64,000 nucleotides of DNA from the human T2T-CHM13v2.0 reference genome, Homo sapiens (GCF_009914755.1 NC_060926.1); one strand, 5' to 3'. Positions 17,721 to 33,737 are shown, counted from the stretch's first letter. Numbers and translations are program-made. Notes: a model not told the origin generated them from the sequence alone.

Positions 17721-20520
17721 CCCCAAGACTAAACCAGGAAGAATTCAAATCTGGTTTATTTGGTTATTCAAATAGACCAATAACAAGTTCTGAAATTGAG
17801 GCAGTAACCAATGAGGTAGTGAGCCTACCAACCAAAAAAAGCCCACGACCAGATGGATTCACAGCCGAAGTTTACCAGAGCTACAAAGAGGAGCTGGTAC
17901 CATTTCTTCTGAAACTATTCCAAACAATAGAAAAATAAGAACTCCTCCCTTACTCATTTTATGAGGCCAGCATCATCCTGATACCAAAACCTGGCAGAGA
18001 CACAACAACAAAAATTTTCAAGCTAATATCCCTGATGAACCTTAATGCAAAAACCCTCAATAAAATACTGGCAAACGGAATCCAGCAGCACATCAAAAAG
18101 CATATCCACCACGATCAAGTCTGGGATGCAAGGCTGGTTCAACATATGCAAATCAATAAACATAATTCATCACATAAACAGAACCACTGACAAAAACCAC
18201 ATGATTATTTTAACAGAGACAGAAAAGGCCTTCAATAAAATTCAATATCTCTTCATGAAAAAACTCTCAATAAACTAGTTATTGATGGAACATATCTCAA
18301 AATAACAAGAGCTATTTATGACAAACCCATAGGCAATATCATACTGAATTTGCAAAAGCTGGAAGCATTCCCTTTGAAAACCAGCACAAGACAAGGATGC
18401 CCTCTCTCACCACTCCTATTCAACATAGTATTGGAAGTTCTGGCCAAGGCAATCAGGCAACAGAAAGAAATAAAGAGCATTCAAACAGGAAGAGAGGAAG
18501 TCAAATTGTCTCTGTTTGCAGATGACATGATTGTATATTTAGAAAATCCCATCGTCTCAGCCCAAAAACTCCTTAAGCTAAGCAACTTCAGCAAAGTCTC
18601 AGGATACAAAATCAATGTGCAAAATTCACAACCATTCCTATACATCAACAATAGGCAAGCAGAGAGCCAAATCATGAGTGAACTCCCATTCACAATTGCT
18701 ACAAAGAGAAAAAAATACCTAGGAATACAACTTACAAGGAATATGAAGGACCTCTTCAAGGAGAACTACAAACTACTGCTCAAAGAAATAAGAGAGGACA
18801 CAAACAAATGGAAAAACATTATACACTCTTGGATAGGAAGAATCAATATCATGAAAATGGCCATACTGCCCAAAGTAATTTATAGCTTCAGTACTATTCC
18901 CATCAAGCTATCATTGACTTTCTTCACAGAATTAGAAAAAAAAATTACTTTAAATTTCACATGGAACCAAAAAAGAGCCCATATAGCCAAGACCATCCTA
19001 AGCAAAAAGAACAAAGCTGGAGGGATCAAGCTACCTGACTTCAAACTATACTACAAGTCTACAGTAACCAAAACAGCATGGTACTGGTACCAAAGCAGAT
19101 ATACAGGCCAATGGAACAGAACAGAGACCTCAGAAATAACACTACACATCTACAACCATCTGCTTTTTGACAAACCTGATAAAAACAAGCTATGGGGAAA
19201 GGAGTCCCTATTTAATTAATGGTGTTGGGAAAACTGGCTAGCCATATGCAGAAAGCAGAAACTGGACCCCTTCCTTACATCTTATACAAAAATTAACCCA
19301 AGATGGATTAAAGACTTAAATGTAAAACCCAAAACCATAAAAACCCTAGAAGAAAACCTAGGCAATATCATTCAGGACATAGGCATGGGCAAAGACTTCA
19401 TGATTAAAATACCAAAAGCAATTGCAAAAGAAGCCAAATTGACAAATGGGATCTAATCAAACTAAAGAGCTTCTGTGCAGCAAAAGAAACTGTCATCAGA
19501 GTGAACAAGCAACCTACAGAATGGGAGAAAATTTATGCAATCTACCCATCTGACAAAAGTCTAATATCCAGAATATACAAGGAACTTAAACAAATTTACA
19601 AGAAAAAACCAACCCCTTCAAAAAGTGGGTGAAGGATATGAACAGATATCCTTCTTCTCAAAAGAAGATATTTATGTGGCCAACAAACATGAAAAAAAGC
19701 TTTTCATCAGTGGTCATTAGAGAAATGCAAATCAAAACCACAATGAGATACCATCTCACGGCAGTTAGAGTAGAGATTATTAAAAAGTCAGGAAACAACA
19801 GATGCTGGAGAGGATATGGAGAAATAGGAACACTTTTACACTGTTGGTGGGAGTGTAAATTAGTTCAACCATGATGGAAGACAGTGTGGTGATTCCTCAA
19901 GGATCTAGAATCAAAAATACCATTTGACCCAGCAATCCCATTACTAGGTATATACCCAAAGGATTATAAATCATTCTACTATAAAGACACATGTAAACAT
20001 ATGTTTATTGCAGTACTATTTACCATAGCAAAGACTTGGAACCAAACCAAATGCCCATCAATGATAGACTGGACAAAGAAAATGTGGCATATATACACCA
20101 TGGTATACTATGCAGCCATAAAAAAAGAATGAGAACATTTTCTTTTGTAGGGATGTGGATGAAGCTGGAAGCCATCAATCTCAGCACACTAACACAGGAA
20201 CAGAAAACCAAACACCGCATGTTCTCGCTCATAAGTGGGAGTTGAACAATGAGAACACATGGACACAGGGAGGGGAACATCACATAATATCGAGACCTGT
20301 CAGGGGGTCAGGGGTAAGGGGAAGGAGAGCATTAGGACAAATACCTTAATGCATGTGGGGCTTAAAACCTAGATGATGGGTTGATAGATGCAGCAAACCA
20401 CCATGGCACATGTATACCTATGTAACAAACCTGCTCATTCTACATATGTATCCCAGAACTTAAAGTAAAATTAAAGAAAAAGAAAAAGAAAAACACTTGA
20501 ATACTGAGAAAAAAAAAAAG
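17721..20520 (+). mobile_element. 5'-truncated L1PA8-L1PA10-type element nested in the L1PB 3' UTR
   Basis: ORF2 fragments 18045-20245; 3' UTR GCATTAGGACAAATACC...GGGGCTTAAAACCTAGATGA; A-rich tail; host 3' UTR resumes afterwards. Confidence 0.85.
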
Positions 20521-20625
20521 AAGGAGGAGGGAGGAAAGGGGTCTAGGGATACAAAAATCTACACGTTAGGTAAAATGTACACTACTCGGGTGACAGGTAC
20601 ACTAAAATCTCAGAATTCACCACTA

Positions 20626-20895
<270 letters not shown>

Positions 20896-21048
20896 TTATG
20901 TCATGAGTCAATTACCAACCACTGAATGTCCATGAACTCAAAGCAGTCATTGTAGGTTACAGAAACACACGCAAAAGTCCATAATTTCAGGAGACAGTTA
21001 CTCTTAAGCAAATGTAAGTTTAAAATAAATAACTTAGATACTTCTTAA

Positions 21049-21342
<294 letters not shown>

Positions 21343-23227
21343 CAATATACACATTTTACAATTTATATACATACATATAATATAAGCATGTGTGTTAAGC
21401 CTCAAATACTGGAAACAATGTGTGTGATATGCCTTAAATACAGAATAAGAGATTTATGTCAAACCATTCTCTAATATCATATGTCATAGAATATAGAAAT
21501 AAGTAGATCAAGGGAGGTGGTGGGATTACAAATCAAATACATTCTTATGTATTCTCTTGACAAGATACATAGCTAGACTCCATCATCCTCCACCCCTGTG
21601 GGTAAAAGCCTAGCAAGTCCTTTCTCCTCTTGCATGACAATTTGACTTTTGGTTAACTGTCTGGTTCTGTTCCTCTGATAAAAATTAGATTGTCAACTAC
21701 CTTCCTAGGCAGTACTGCTTATAGTAAAATCAATCCCCAGTTGCAAAATTTGCATCTGGTCTGGAAGAACTGTGGGGAGCCTGCATCAAGGATTCCCTCA
21801 CTGGCAATCCCTGGTGGGGTTCTCAAAAGCTGTGCAGTGGATAACAGCTCCCATGGGGAATGAGGCTTTCAAGTCAGGGCTGCCTCCATGCCCACCATAT
21901 GTGGGTCTCATCCCTTCTTGCACCCCACCTGACTGAACAGCTGCAAGCACTCTCAAATGCAAGGAATATCTGACACTGTCCTGCTGGCATTTTGAGTGAC
22001 CTTTTATCCTTCTACATGGCCTGGTCTCAAATGTGGTCTACAACAGTCTTATGGATCTGGATTGTTTCAACGAATCTAGGAAGACCTCAGCGAACGTTGA
22101 AATTCGTCTCCTAGTTTGATCTATATAGACGCTGCTTTTTCACAATTAGATGAGTACATTATGACAATATCCACTCAGTGACAGTGATTTCTAAGTAGTT
22201 CCTTGAGAGGAAGAATGAATTAAGCAGAGATTACCAAGCCTAAAGCAGAGATCATTCACATACTTGTGATCAGGAGAAAGGTCAGAAAGCTATAAACACC
22301 ATCTAAGCCAATTTCCAGGCTTCTCTCTCTTGTTCACTTGGATTCTGTCTGAAGGGTTTCCTGTAGAATCAGGACATGGTCTTTCCCTGTTGCAACACTC
22401 TCAGTGGCTTCCCATTATATATGGCAGGCAGCACAGGTTGGTAGAAATAGCATGCACTTTGAAATAAGACAGACAAGTTTTCACTCCTATTTTGCCTATT
22501 TGACAGATGGGTAGCCTTGAATATCAGATGCTAAGCCTCCATTTTCTTACTGTAAAATTGGAAAGGTATTGCTTTTCAGAAGACTGTTTTGAGGAAACCA
22601 TCTAGTCTGGTTTCTGTGATATTGTAAGCATTCAGAAATACTGCACATATTTAAGATATTTTAAGTTCCTAAGCATCGGATCATCTCATCCTCTTCTTTT
22701 ATGACCTTAATTACCATTACCTACACATGGTATCCACCCAACGCATGTCTGAAAAATGCAGCAACATCCTTTATCAGTGAGATTTTCCATCAGCCAATGC
22801 CTTGACTCTGTGGGTTTGCACGAGTTCACCCTTTCATGCTCACTACTTCCCCCATGTGCATCTTCTCCAGGAAACAGAATTGATGCTAAACATCGGGACC
22901 CGAGCTCCATCCTCCACCCCACAGAGTCAACTGAATACACCTAAAATCAGTGGGGCCCTTCTAGGATACAAGTTTCTCAGAAGAAAATGAACACCACGAG
23001 AATGATATAAAGACCAAGGACCGAAAGTCCTGCTAGGACTGAACTGCCAAGAGGATTTTAGACCATGTCCAATGATGCTATACCTCTTAAAACAATCATC
23101 TTTCCATGTCAGGGTGCCAAAAGTGACTCTGATTTATAGTATGTTGATATTTTACTGAATTTCAGCTTGGCAAATAGAGAAAGGGGAAATAGTTGTTTGT
23201 ATGACCATATAAGAAAGTGAAATTCTA

Positions 23228-23371
<144 letters not shown>

Positions 23372-23913
23372 TCAAAAGATATTCAAGCTCTTATCAGCAG
23401 AGGGTAAAGTAGGATAGAGAGGACAAAAAATAAAGAAAATGACCTTGATTCTGGGTTGGTAGTTTCCTGTGTATCTCAATTGCTCAAGTCACATAAAACA
23501 TGCCAAAGCCAGAGGGGAGAATGACAATTGCTAGAACCATTGAATCTCTTTACTTGGGAAAAGCTCCTTTTCCCATTCCAGCAAGGAGCTGGTGTGTGAA
23601 GGTGCCAATCACAGAATCTTCCCCTACCTGTGATGCCAAGCACAGCACTCTATCCCTGGCCATGGGAAAGGGGGAATGGTCTGCGGTTGGGTACTTGCCC
23701 TAAGCTAATCAGTCCTTTCTGAAATTATTTTTCTATTTGGAGCTGACAAAGCAGGGCTCTCTTCATCTCTGGATGTAAGAACTTGGAGCTGCCTGGGGGT
23801 ATGAAAATCAGTCTGATGGGAGAAAATATAGATGGTACAATGTGAGATGAAAGATGCAGGGAGAGCCTCTTGATGCCACTGGAGGCCGGGATCTGGTTGT
23901 CCCAATGCCAACC

Positions 23914-24506
23914 TGTGATGGTTAATATTAAGTGTCAACTTGATTGGAATGAAGGATGCCTACATAGCTGGTAAAGGGTTGTTGTTGGGTGTGTCTGTGA
24001 GGGTGTTGCCAGAGGAGATTAACATTTGAGTCAGTGGACTGCGACAGGAAGACCTACTCCCAATGTGGGTGGGCACCATCCAATTAGCTGCCAGCACAGC
24101 TGGAACAAAGCAGGTGGAAGAAGGTGGGATAAGCTGGCTTGCTGAGTCTTCTGGCTTTCATCTTTCTCCTGTGCTGAATGCTTCCTGCCCTTGGACATCA
24201 GTCTCCAGGTTCTTCGGCCTTTGGACTCTTAAACTTACATCAGTGGTTTGCCAGGGCTCTTGTGCCTTCAGCCACAGACTGAGGGCCACACTGTTGGCTT
24301 CCCTACTTTTGAGGCTTTTGGACTCAAAAGTAGGAAAGCCACTACTTTTGGGGCTGAGCCACTACTGGCTTCCTTGCTCCTCAGCTTGCAGACAGCCTGT
24401 AGTGGGGTTTCACCTTGAGATCATATGAGTCAATTCTCCTTAATAAACTCCTTTTCATATACACATATATCCTATTAGTTCTGTCCCTGGGGAACTCTTA
24501 CTAATA
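23914..24506 (+). mobile_element. MLT2-type (HERV-L) solo LTR
   Basis: TGTGATGGTTAATATT..GTGTCAACTTGA start; AATAAACTCC...CCTATTAGTTCTGTCCCT...ACTAATA end. Confidence 0.85.
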
Positions 24507-24923
24507 AAAAACACTACCTTTTAATATTTCACATTTTGTTTAGGTCAATAAATTACTTAAAAAAACGATTTCAAGCTGGGCTTCTTTCATTTACAATGAA
24601 AATATTATTGACTAATATAGAATACTGTAATGTGGTGAATAAACACCAGCCAAGCCAAAGGAGGGCTTGAGCCAAACTCAAGTTCACTATAATGAAGATG
24701 TGAATGTGTGGCTAAAGGAATATTTATGTTTTCAAATAAGAGACAGGGGATTTGGCTCAACATTCATACAACCTTATGAAGGGCAGGAAGTATTTTTTTA
24801 AGTAATCTCAACCATCCTAAATTGTATAGAATTGATCTATGGTCACAGGGGAAATTACTGCAAGAGGAGGGTCCATACATCATTCATAAAATGGCAGGGA
24901 GTTAAGTGATTGATTATGCTCAC

Positions 24924-24996
24924 CTTTAACTCTTGATACAACCATGTCACCCTTCGCCCCTTTGTTGCCAGGTGGTCCAGAGGCACCATGCTTTCC
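24924..24996 (-). CDS. COL4A4: COL4A4 exon 23 (73 bp), [24 protein letters not shown]
   Basis: ccaag|GGA acceptor; AAG|gtgagc donor. Confidence 0.95.
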
Positions 24997-25184
24997 CTTG
25001 GTGAAAAATAAGAGAAACAAATTAGGTTAATTGTGATGGATCAACAGTTACATCTGTACATATTGAATCTCTCTCTTCTTCCCTCCTAAATCTCTTGTTA
25101 AAGATTCTAGCTTGGCATTCTTGGTCTCTTCCACTTCCCTGCCTTCCAAGGTAGTCCTGTCTTGCAAAGCTGGGGCTCTTGAAC

Positions 25185-25400
25185 TACATGTCAAATGTAA
25201 AAGCTGGTGAAATCTGAATAAGGTCTGTACCTGAGTTAAGAGGACTGTATCAATGACCATTTCCTGGTTTTGACAGTGTACTGTGGTTATGTAAATATGG
25301 TTATGTGTATGTATCACTGGGGAAGCTGGGGAAGCATACATGGGAACTTTATGACTGTGCAACGTCTTGTGAGTCAACTACCTCAAATTAAAATTTATAA
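25185..25400 (+). mobile_element. Old L1M (MC/MD-like) 3' fragment
   Basis: GGTGAAATCTGAATAAGGTCTG...TTTCCTGGTTTTGA...GGGGAAGCTGG motif. Confidence 0.55.
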
Positions 25401-25730
25401 CTAATTTTTGTAATTATCATGGGCTTTGTAATGTGAAATGGAGAGGAAAGAAGAGAGTGGGATAACTACAAGAGCTGCCACCAGAGCTGAAGGTAGAGAT
25501 TTAGGGATAAGTTTGTGATGAAAAAGGCATGGAAGTGACGTCCTGCTAAGGAAAGTTGATGAGCAGGAGAAGAGGAATTAAGAACCTTTTCTGAAGCTAA
25601 TATATTTATTCTGTATAACAGGTAAATAGCTAATTTTGGCTGACATGCTCATGCTCTCTTAACCACAACATTGCTCAAATCTGAATAATTTGAGTCATAC
25701 TTTTTAAGTGTTACATATTACTCAATATCA

Positions 25731-26072
<342 letters not shown>

Positions 26073-26249
26073 TTAGGGTGGCCAAGCACCATTTCAAATA
26101 CCATTATAGAAACACTATACAGAGCCCAAGGTTACTTACCTAGTGATATCAATAATCAAAAAACCACAGCAAAGAAATTGGAGGGAGGTAAAAATGACTG
26201 AGCAAGCCAGTTGCTTTGCTCACACAGATGCCACTACCTTGTCGTATTT

Positions 26250-26555
26250 TCTTTTTATTTATTTTCTTTTTTTGAGACGGGGTCTCACTTCATCCCCCAG
26301 GCTGCAGTGCAGTGGCACAATCATAACTCACTGCAGCCTTAAACCTCTGGGCTCAAGCAATCCTCCTACCTCAGCCTCTCAGTTAGCTAGAACTGCAGGT
26401 GCATGCCACCATGCCTGGCTAATTGGATTTTACTTTTTTGTGTGTAGAGATGGGGTCTTGCTGTATTGCCCAGGCTGGTCTCAAACTCCTAGCCTTAAGG
26501 GATCCTGCTGCCTCTGAAAGTGTTGAGGCTACAGGAGTAAGCCACCACACCTGGT
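26250..26555 (-). mobile_element. AluJ
   Basis: GGGCTCAAGCAATCCTCC and TGTTGCCCAGG-type J diagnostics; diverged. Confidence 0.88.
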
Positions 26556-27621
26556 CTTGTCTTATTTTCACACAATCTAACAATGTGTTCAAGCAAGCTT
26601 AACTATCTTTTTTTAACTGGCTGTACTAATTTATAAGCTGAGAGCTATAGAGGGGAGGAGGGTACCAGTGGAGATGGGCACAGTGGCATCAGCAATCATC
26701 AGGCAGTAACAGTGAAGAGGAAGCCAAAAATGCAAACAACAGACATAAAAACTCAAATGGACAACAGGGTTGGAAGCCATTTCATGCAGAGAAAAAAAGT
26801 ATGTCCACACATAACTCATTATCTCTGATATCACTCTAGTATAGCATCCTGTTTGTAGCAATGTCTGTGAACCATCAAAAAGGTGGGTAGAACAAATTTC
26901 TTAGTATAAATCAATATATTAGAAAGAATTAGAAATCATAAAGTACTAATGTAGGTTGAGTTTTCTTTTATTCTTATTTTTACTATATATGCTAGTCATA
27001 AGTAGCAGTGGGGCCTGGCCAAAGTGTATGTCATATGGTATCCTGCCCAAGAAATGGATAAAGAAAATGCCCTTCTGAAGAATAAATTATCAGGACAGAA
27101 AACTGTTCACATAGCATTTGGACAAATTTCTTTCCAGAAAGAGAAAAAAGTGGAATGCTTAATAAATAAGACTTTGGTACCTTGGAAGAATGAACCCATC
27201 CCAGGAGTCTGAGCAGTGTATTACTCAGCACATTGGAGACTTCAAATGTATGACGAATTGCTCTAATGCTCTGTAGGTGTCGAATTTTAAGTACTAGAGT
27301 AGATCATAGACTTATTTGAGCTAGTAAGGAAAACTATTACTGGACTTCATTAAAGAAACATTTACTGAAAACATTACTGAACCATTACTAAACCATTGTT
27401 TAGTAAATGTTACTAAACATTACTAAAACCATTACTGTAGTTTTCTTTGAAAACTACAAAGAACCAGGCATTACTCTGAGTACTGAGAATACAGCAGTTA
27501 ACTAGTGAAATAAATGTGTAACCTAAGCGATTCCTGGGGCAAAGGTTCTCAGCAGCTTCAGACAGAGAGCTACTTTTTACAATCTTAAGACCTGAGATCA
27601 CCAAACACTTGTGTTACTCTA

Positions 27622-28006
<385 letters not shown>

Positions 28007-28248
28007 TCAGTCTAGATAAGGGACATCAACTGCAGATGCCTACAGGGGTGGCGCCTGTCCAGTCCAAGGGGAACAGGTGGGTAGGCATGGGGGGAATCAA
28101 CCCGCAGCCACAGCAGCAGTGGGAACGCAATAACCTTGTGTTCATAAACTTCTAATATCTCAGGAGAAGCCATAAACCTCACATTAATAACTCAAAAACA
28201 AACACCATGAGGACACAACCAAACATTCCAGCAGGTCAGAAATAGCCC

Positions 28249-28671
28249 ATATATTAGTCCACTTTTGCTTCGCTATAAAGAAATACCTGAGGCCGGGTAA
28301 TTTGTAAAGAAAAGGGGCTCATGGTTCTGCAGACTGTACAAGCCTGGCACCAGCATCTGCTCAGCTTCTGGTAAGCCCTCAGGAAGCTTCCAATCATGGC
28401 GGAAGGTGAAGTGGGAAGCCAGTGTATCACATGGTGAGAGAGGGAGCAAGAGAGGAAAGCAGGAGGTCCCAGACTCCTTTGAACAACCAGATCTCCTGTG
28501 AACTAACTGAGCAAGAACTAAGAACTCATTCATCACCAAAGGGATGGAGCTAAGCCATTCATGAGGGATCCACCCCCATGACCAAAACACCTCCCACCAG
28601 GCCCCACCTCAAACACTGGGGATTACATTTCAACATGAGATTTGGAGGGGGCACACATCCAAACGTTATCA
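28249..28671 (-). mobile_element. MST-type MaLR solo LTR
   Basis: TATTAGTCC...GCTATAAAGAAATACCTGAG...GATTACATTTCAACATGAGATTTGG...ATCA. Confidence 0.87.
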
Positions 28672-29169
28672 GCCTGTGACAGTTTGCGACCTTTGGTTCG
28701 CTCTGCAGCCTCCTGGACTTTAATTCACTGGTATGTACCTTATACAGTGTGCAAAACACATGACTCAATTGAATTCTTACCAACAAGCCTCTAAGATGGT
28801 GTTCTTATATCCATTTTATAAATGCTGCAAGTAAAACTTAGAAGACTGCAGAGCTCCCAAATGTCGGAGATGGGATCTGAAGCTGGTCCACTTGCTCCTA
28901 GGCCCTAGTGCCTTGCACTAGAGCATCCTGGCCGGAAATCCCATCCTAGGGAGCGCCGTCAGGCTAAGGCAATGAATGCAAAGACTTGGTTCAATTATAC
29001 AAACAATTGCAAAGAACTTAAGCCTAGTTTTCTGTTTTCTTCTTTCCTACCAATCTGTGGCTGCTAGGGCCAGAGACAAGCAGACCATCTCCAGAGAGAG
29101 GAGATGTAGGGAGGATGGAGAGCCCCCAAGAGCGAGAGCACCCCATAGTCTGCACTGTCTTTCATGCTC

Positions 29170-29303
29170 TTCTGTCTGTCCTTCCCTTCCTCCTTTCCCT
29201 TCTTTTCTTCCCTCCTTCCTTTCCTTTCTTTCTTTCCCTTCCTTTTCTTCTCTCTCTTCCCCTTCTCCTCCCCCTTCCCTCCCTTCTCTACCCTTTCCTT
29301 CCC
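29170..29303. repeat. CT-rich polypyrimidine low-complexity tract
   Basis: About 125 nt almost purely C/T. Confidence 0.9.
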
Positions 29304-30039
29304 TAGTGCCCCATGGTATGACCCTGGTCCCTGACTATGACCACAGTGTAATGAATTTAATGCAGAGAAGCCATATGGACAGAATCATATACACAACAGA
29401 CCAGATACACAATCAGAAACGTGGCCAGCCTACAAAGGAAAGCCCCATAGAGCAACTGAATTAAGTAAACCTTAGCCATGATAACCCTAGATAAACAAGC
29501 AGTCCTCACTCAAAGATGTTAGCCCTAAGTAGCAACTCAACAGGAAGCCGCAAAAATATTTTAGAGCCATTAAAATCTTCACTAAGAAGATTAAGTACCA
29601 ACACACACAAAAATGACTATGGTAAAATGTTGAATGCAAACTACTTAACAATTGCAACCATGCTTATGCACATACATGCATTAAGGACCTAGCTTCCTAT
29701 TGAGCAGAGGTGGCCAGTGGGCTTTGTACATGTGACAAGGGTACTGCTGGGACACCTTAATCATTAACTTCACTTAAGGCCCTCGGGTTGGAACCTTATT
29801 TTCATGAGATTTTCTGGGGAAAATGGAAAAAAGTCCTTTGGGGCTTGATGGTCAAGTTCCAGGCCATCCCAGGATTGAGCCTTGTTAATAAGGAGGGGAC
29901 AGAGGGCTCTCTCCAGTCTCCAGGGGAGTACCCCAGTGGGCAGTGCTTGCATTATGAGCAATCAGACAGCTGAGAGGCTTTGCCTCAACCTGCTTCATCT
30001 GTAACTTTCACCAAATGAGAACCACCTTGAGGTAAATCT

Positions 30040-30945
30040 CATCCACTCTCTGGCATGATATCACGTAAACTCTGACAAAGCCAGTATTTATATCCCCAGC
30101 CCAAACCTCTCATCTGAATCCTTAAGTTGAATATCATCCTACTGCCTACTTGACTTCTTGACTTGACTGTATAATAGGCATCTCAAACTTGAAATGTCTC
30201 AAACAGTACTGCTTTCTTTCCTCACCCAATGCCCACTCCTTCCATCGCCTTCCCATCTCAGTACATGGCAACTGCCTTCTTCCAGTGGCTCAAACAAAAA
30301 ACCCTGGTTCTGTCCCTTACTTCTCTTTTCCTTATATCCTATGTCCAAACTAACAGCCAACATGTTGGCTCTGTCTTCAAAATATATCCAGAATCTGACC
30401 ACCTTGCACCACACCCAGCACCACCACATTAAGGCATTGGCTGTCATATCTCACCAGGATTACACAGCAGCCTCCCAGCTCATCTCCCAGCCAATGTCCC
30501 TTATCCATATGGTCTATGCTCCACAGAGCAACCAGAGTGAGTGATCCATTTAAAACTATTGTCTCACTCTTCTTAAAACTCTCCCCTGGCTGTTTCATGT
30601 AGTCTAGAGTAAAGGCTCAGACCTCACCCATCTGTAAAGCCCCATGCTCTGCAGCCCTTCCTAACCTCCTGCCAGTTCCTTGACTTCATTTCCTGCTCTG
30701 CCCCTCTCTCTCTTCTCTCCAGCTACAATCGATGGTGATGGCGTTTATCACCACATGACATACTGGATATTTACTTGCTGATCTGTTAGATGGTCTGTGT
30801 CCTCTCTGAAGCTCTAGGAGGGCAGAGACTGGGCTCTGGTCCCTGCTGTATCCCCAGCACCTGAAACAAGGCCTAGAACATAGCAGGCACTTAACAATAC
30901 CAATTAGTTGAATAAGTAAACGATGTATGAATGGATGAGTAAATA
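30040..30945 (+). mobile_element. L2 LINE 3' fragment
   Basis: AGGCATCTCAAACTT..., GCTGTATCCCCAGCACCT...TAGCAGGCACTTAA...TGAATGGATG tail. Confidence 0.75.
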
Positions 30946-31050
30946 AACTGTTTTTGCAGGCATTAGCATAATGTTTGTAGGTTCAAAACATAAATCATAT
31001 ATCACACAATAAATTAGAAAGAGGCACCTCGATTTTTATCTCTACGTGTC

Positions 31051-31686
<636 letters not shown>

Positions 31687-32396
31687 TTACTGTACAAAAC
31701 CAATAGCATAAATGAAGAACAAAGAGTCCGATATGCACTTCTTGCAGACAATTGAGAGCACGTGCTGTGGGGGCTGGGTGTGGCATGGGGCACTACATGG
31801 GGTGCCTAGGCATGGGATGTAGGGTGGGCATACCATTTCTAAACAAATGGAGGGTTTCGTTCCTTAATAAATTTATCCTGACAAATTCTAGGGAAAAGCT
31901 GATATCCAATTCTACTGAAGAAACGTTAAAAATAATTCAACTTTTTTATTTTTAAAAGTTTAAAAGCCCATCCTTTGGTTCCTCCTGAAAAAAAAAACTG
32001 AAAAAATTAATTGGTGAGTGCACAAACCCTAAACAATTAAGGAGACAAAATAATACATGAAGAAGGATTTTGATTGCATTGAATATTATAATTGATAATT
32101 CACCACAATGCATTTTCCAATTATCAGGACTTTTTGTCTTAAACAAATGACTTCAGGGTAGTCAGACTCCTCATCTGTGTTGATGCTGTCACACCCACCT
32201 GACTCAGTTGCCCAAAACGGCTCCAAACAATTTAGAGTGGAGAAGCAGAGAGACAGGCAATTGATGAGTCTGGGAAATATAGGTCCCACAAAAATCAAAC
32301 ATCAATACTGTCCTATCACTGCCACTCTCAAGGAATCAAGAGGACCTTGTGAGCAAAGTCACCATTTGCAGACAAAATTCATGGCAGGCAAATGTT

Positions 32397-32398
<2 letters not shown>

Positions 32399-32445
<47 letters not shown>

Positions 32446-32509
32446 TATAAATATATAAGACACAAGGCTTTGACTTTTATAATATATAAGACACAAGGCT
32501 TTGACTTTT
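32399..32509. repeat. (TA)n microsatellite followed by a 31-bp-period tandem duplication
   Basis: AATATATAAGACACAAGGCTTTGACTTTT at 32450-32478 and 32481-32509. Confidence 0.93.
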
Positions 32510-32668
32510 CAGTGACTTGTAATCACATAGCACTTAATGGAGTACTCTAGTGGGTGACTAAGGTGAGTAACAAATCTGAATGAAATGCCACATTACACAT
32601 CTCAGAAATGCCCCCGATCATCCATGTACAGTTGTCTTCTAGAAATTCTACCTTTGGTGCCTACTTGC

Positions 32669-32758
32669 CTTTTTCTCCTTTTGAGCCTCTTCCTCCTGGG
32701 GGACCAACTTTGCCTTTTATTCCTTGTGGTCCGGGGTTCCCAACACTACAGTATATCA
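32669..32758 (-). CDS. COL4A4: COL4A4 exon 21 (90 bp), [30 protein letters not shown]; GC donor
   Basis: gacag|TG acceptor; only AAG|gcaagt keeps the frame with exon 22. Confidence 0.93.
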
Positions 32759-33179
32759 CTGTCAAGGAGGTAAGGGGGTGGGCAGAGAGAATCACATAAT
32801 TTTTCTGACTGTCTTCTATAGAATAAGTGACTTTTGCACTCACATCCTCCCCCACGTGCTTCCTTTCCCAACCCCATTCTTTGCGCCCTTGTTTTCCTAG
32901 GATTCTTTCTGTCTGAAATAAGAATATACACACATATAGATGATGCAGTGGTTATGGCATGCTTCTGCTACCATAACCATTGATAAAGCCAACCCTAATC
33001 TCAGCCCTACCTTAAATTAATGGGTTGCAAAACAAGATAATGGACAACAAAACAAAACAAATAAACAAAAAAATGGACTCAGTGTATGGCAAAGATATTC
33101 CCCCACTCAGTGATCAATTCTTAGCTAATGAAGAAAATGGAAAAGCATAGCTTATAGAAATAAAATTTCAGAGATGTCA

Positions 33180-33737
<558 letters not shown>

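Noticed and set aside
18350-19219. 289-aa RT-like ORF as a domesticated gene
   Set aside because: A fragment of a decayed 5'-truncated L1, starting at TTG, with no promoter or other sign of selection.
28976-29464. 162-aa ORF
   Set aside because: Open only because it crosses a stop-free CT-rich tract.
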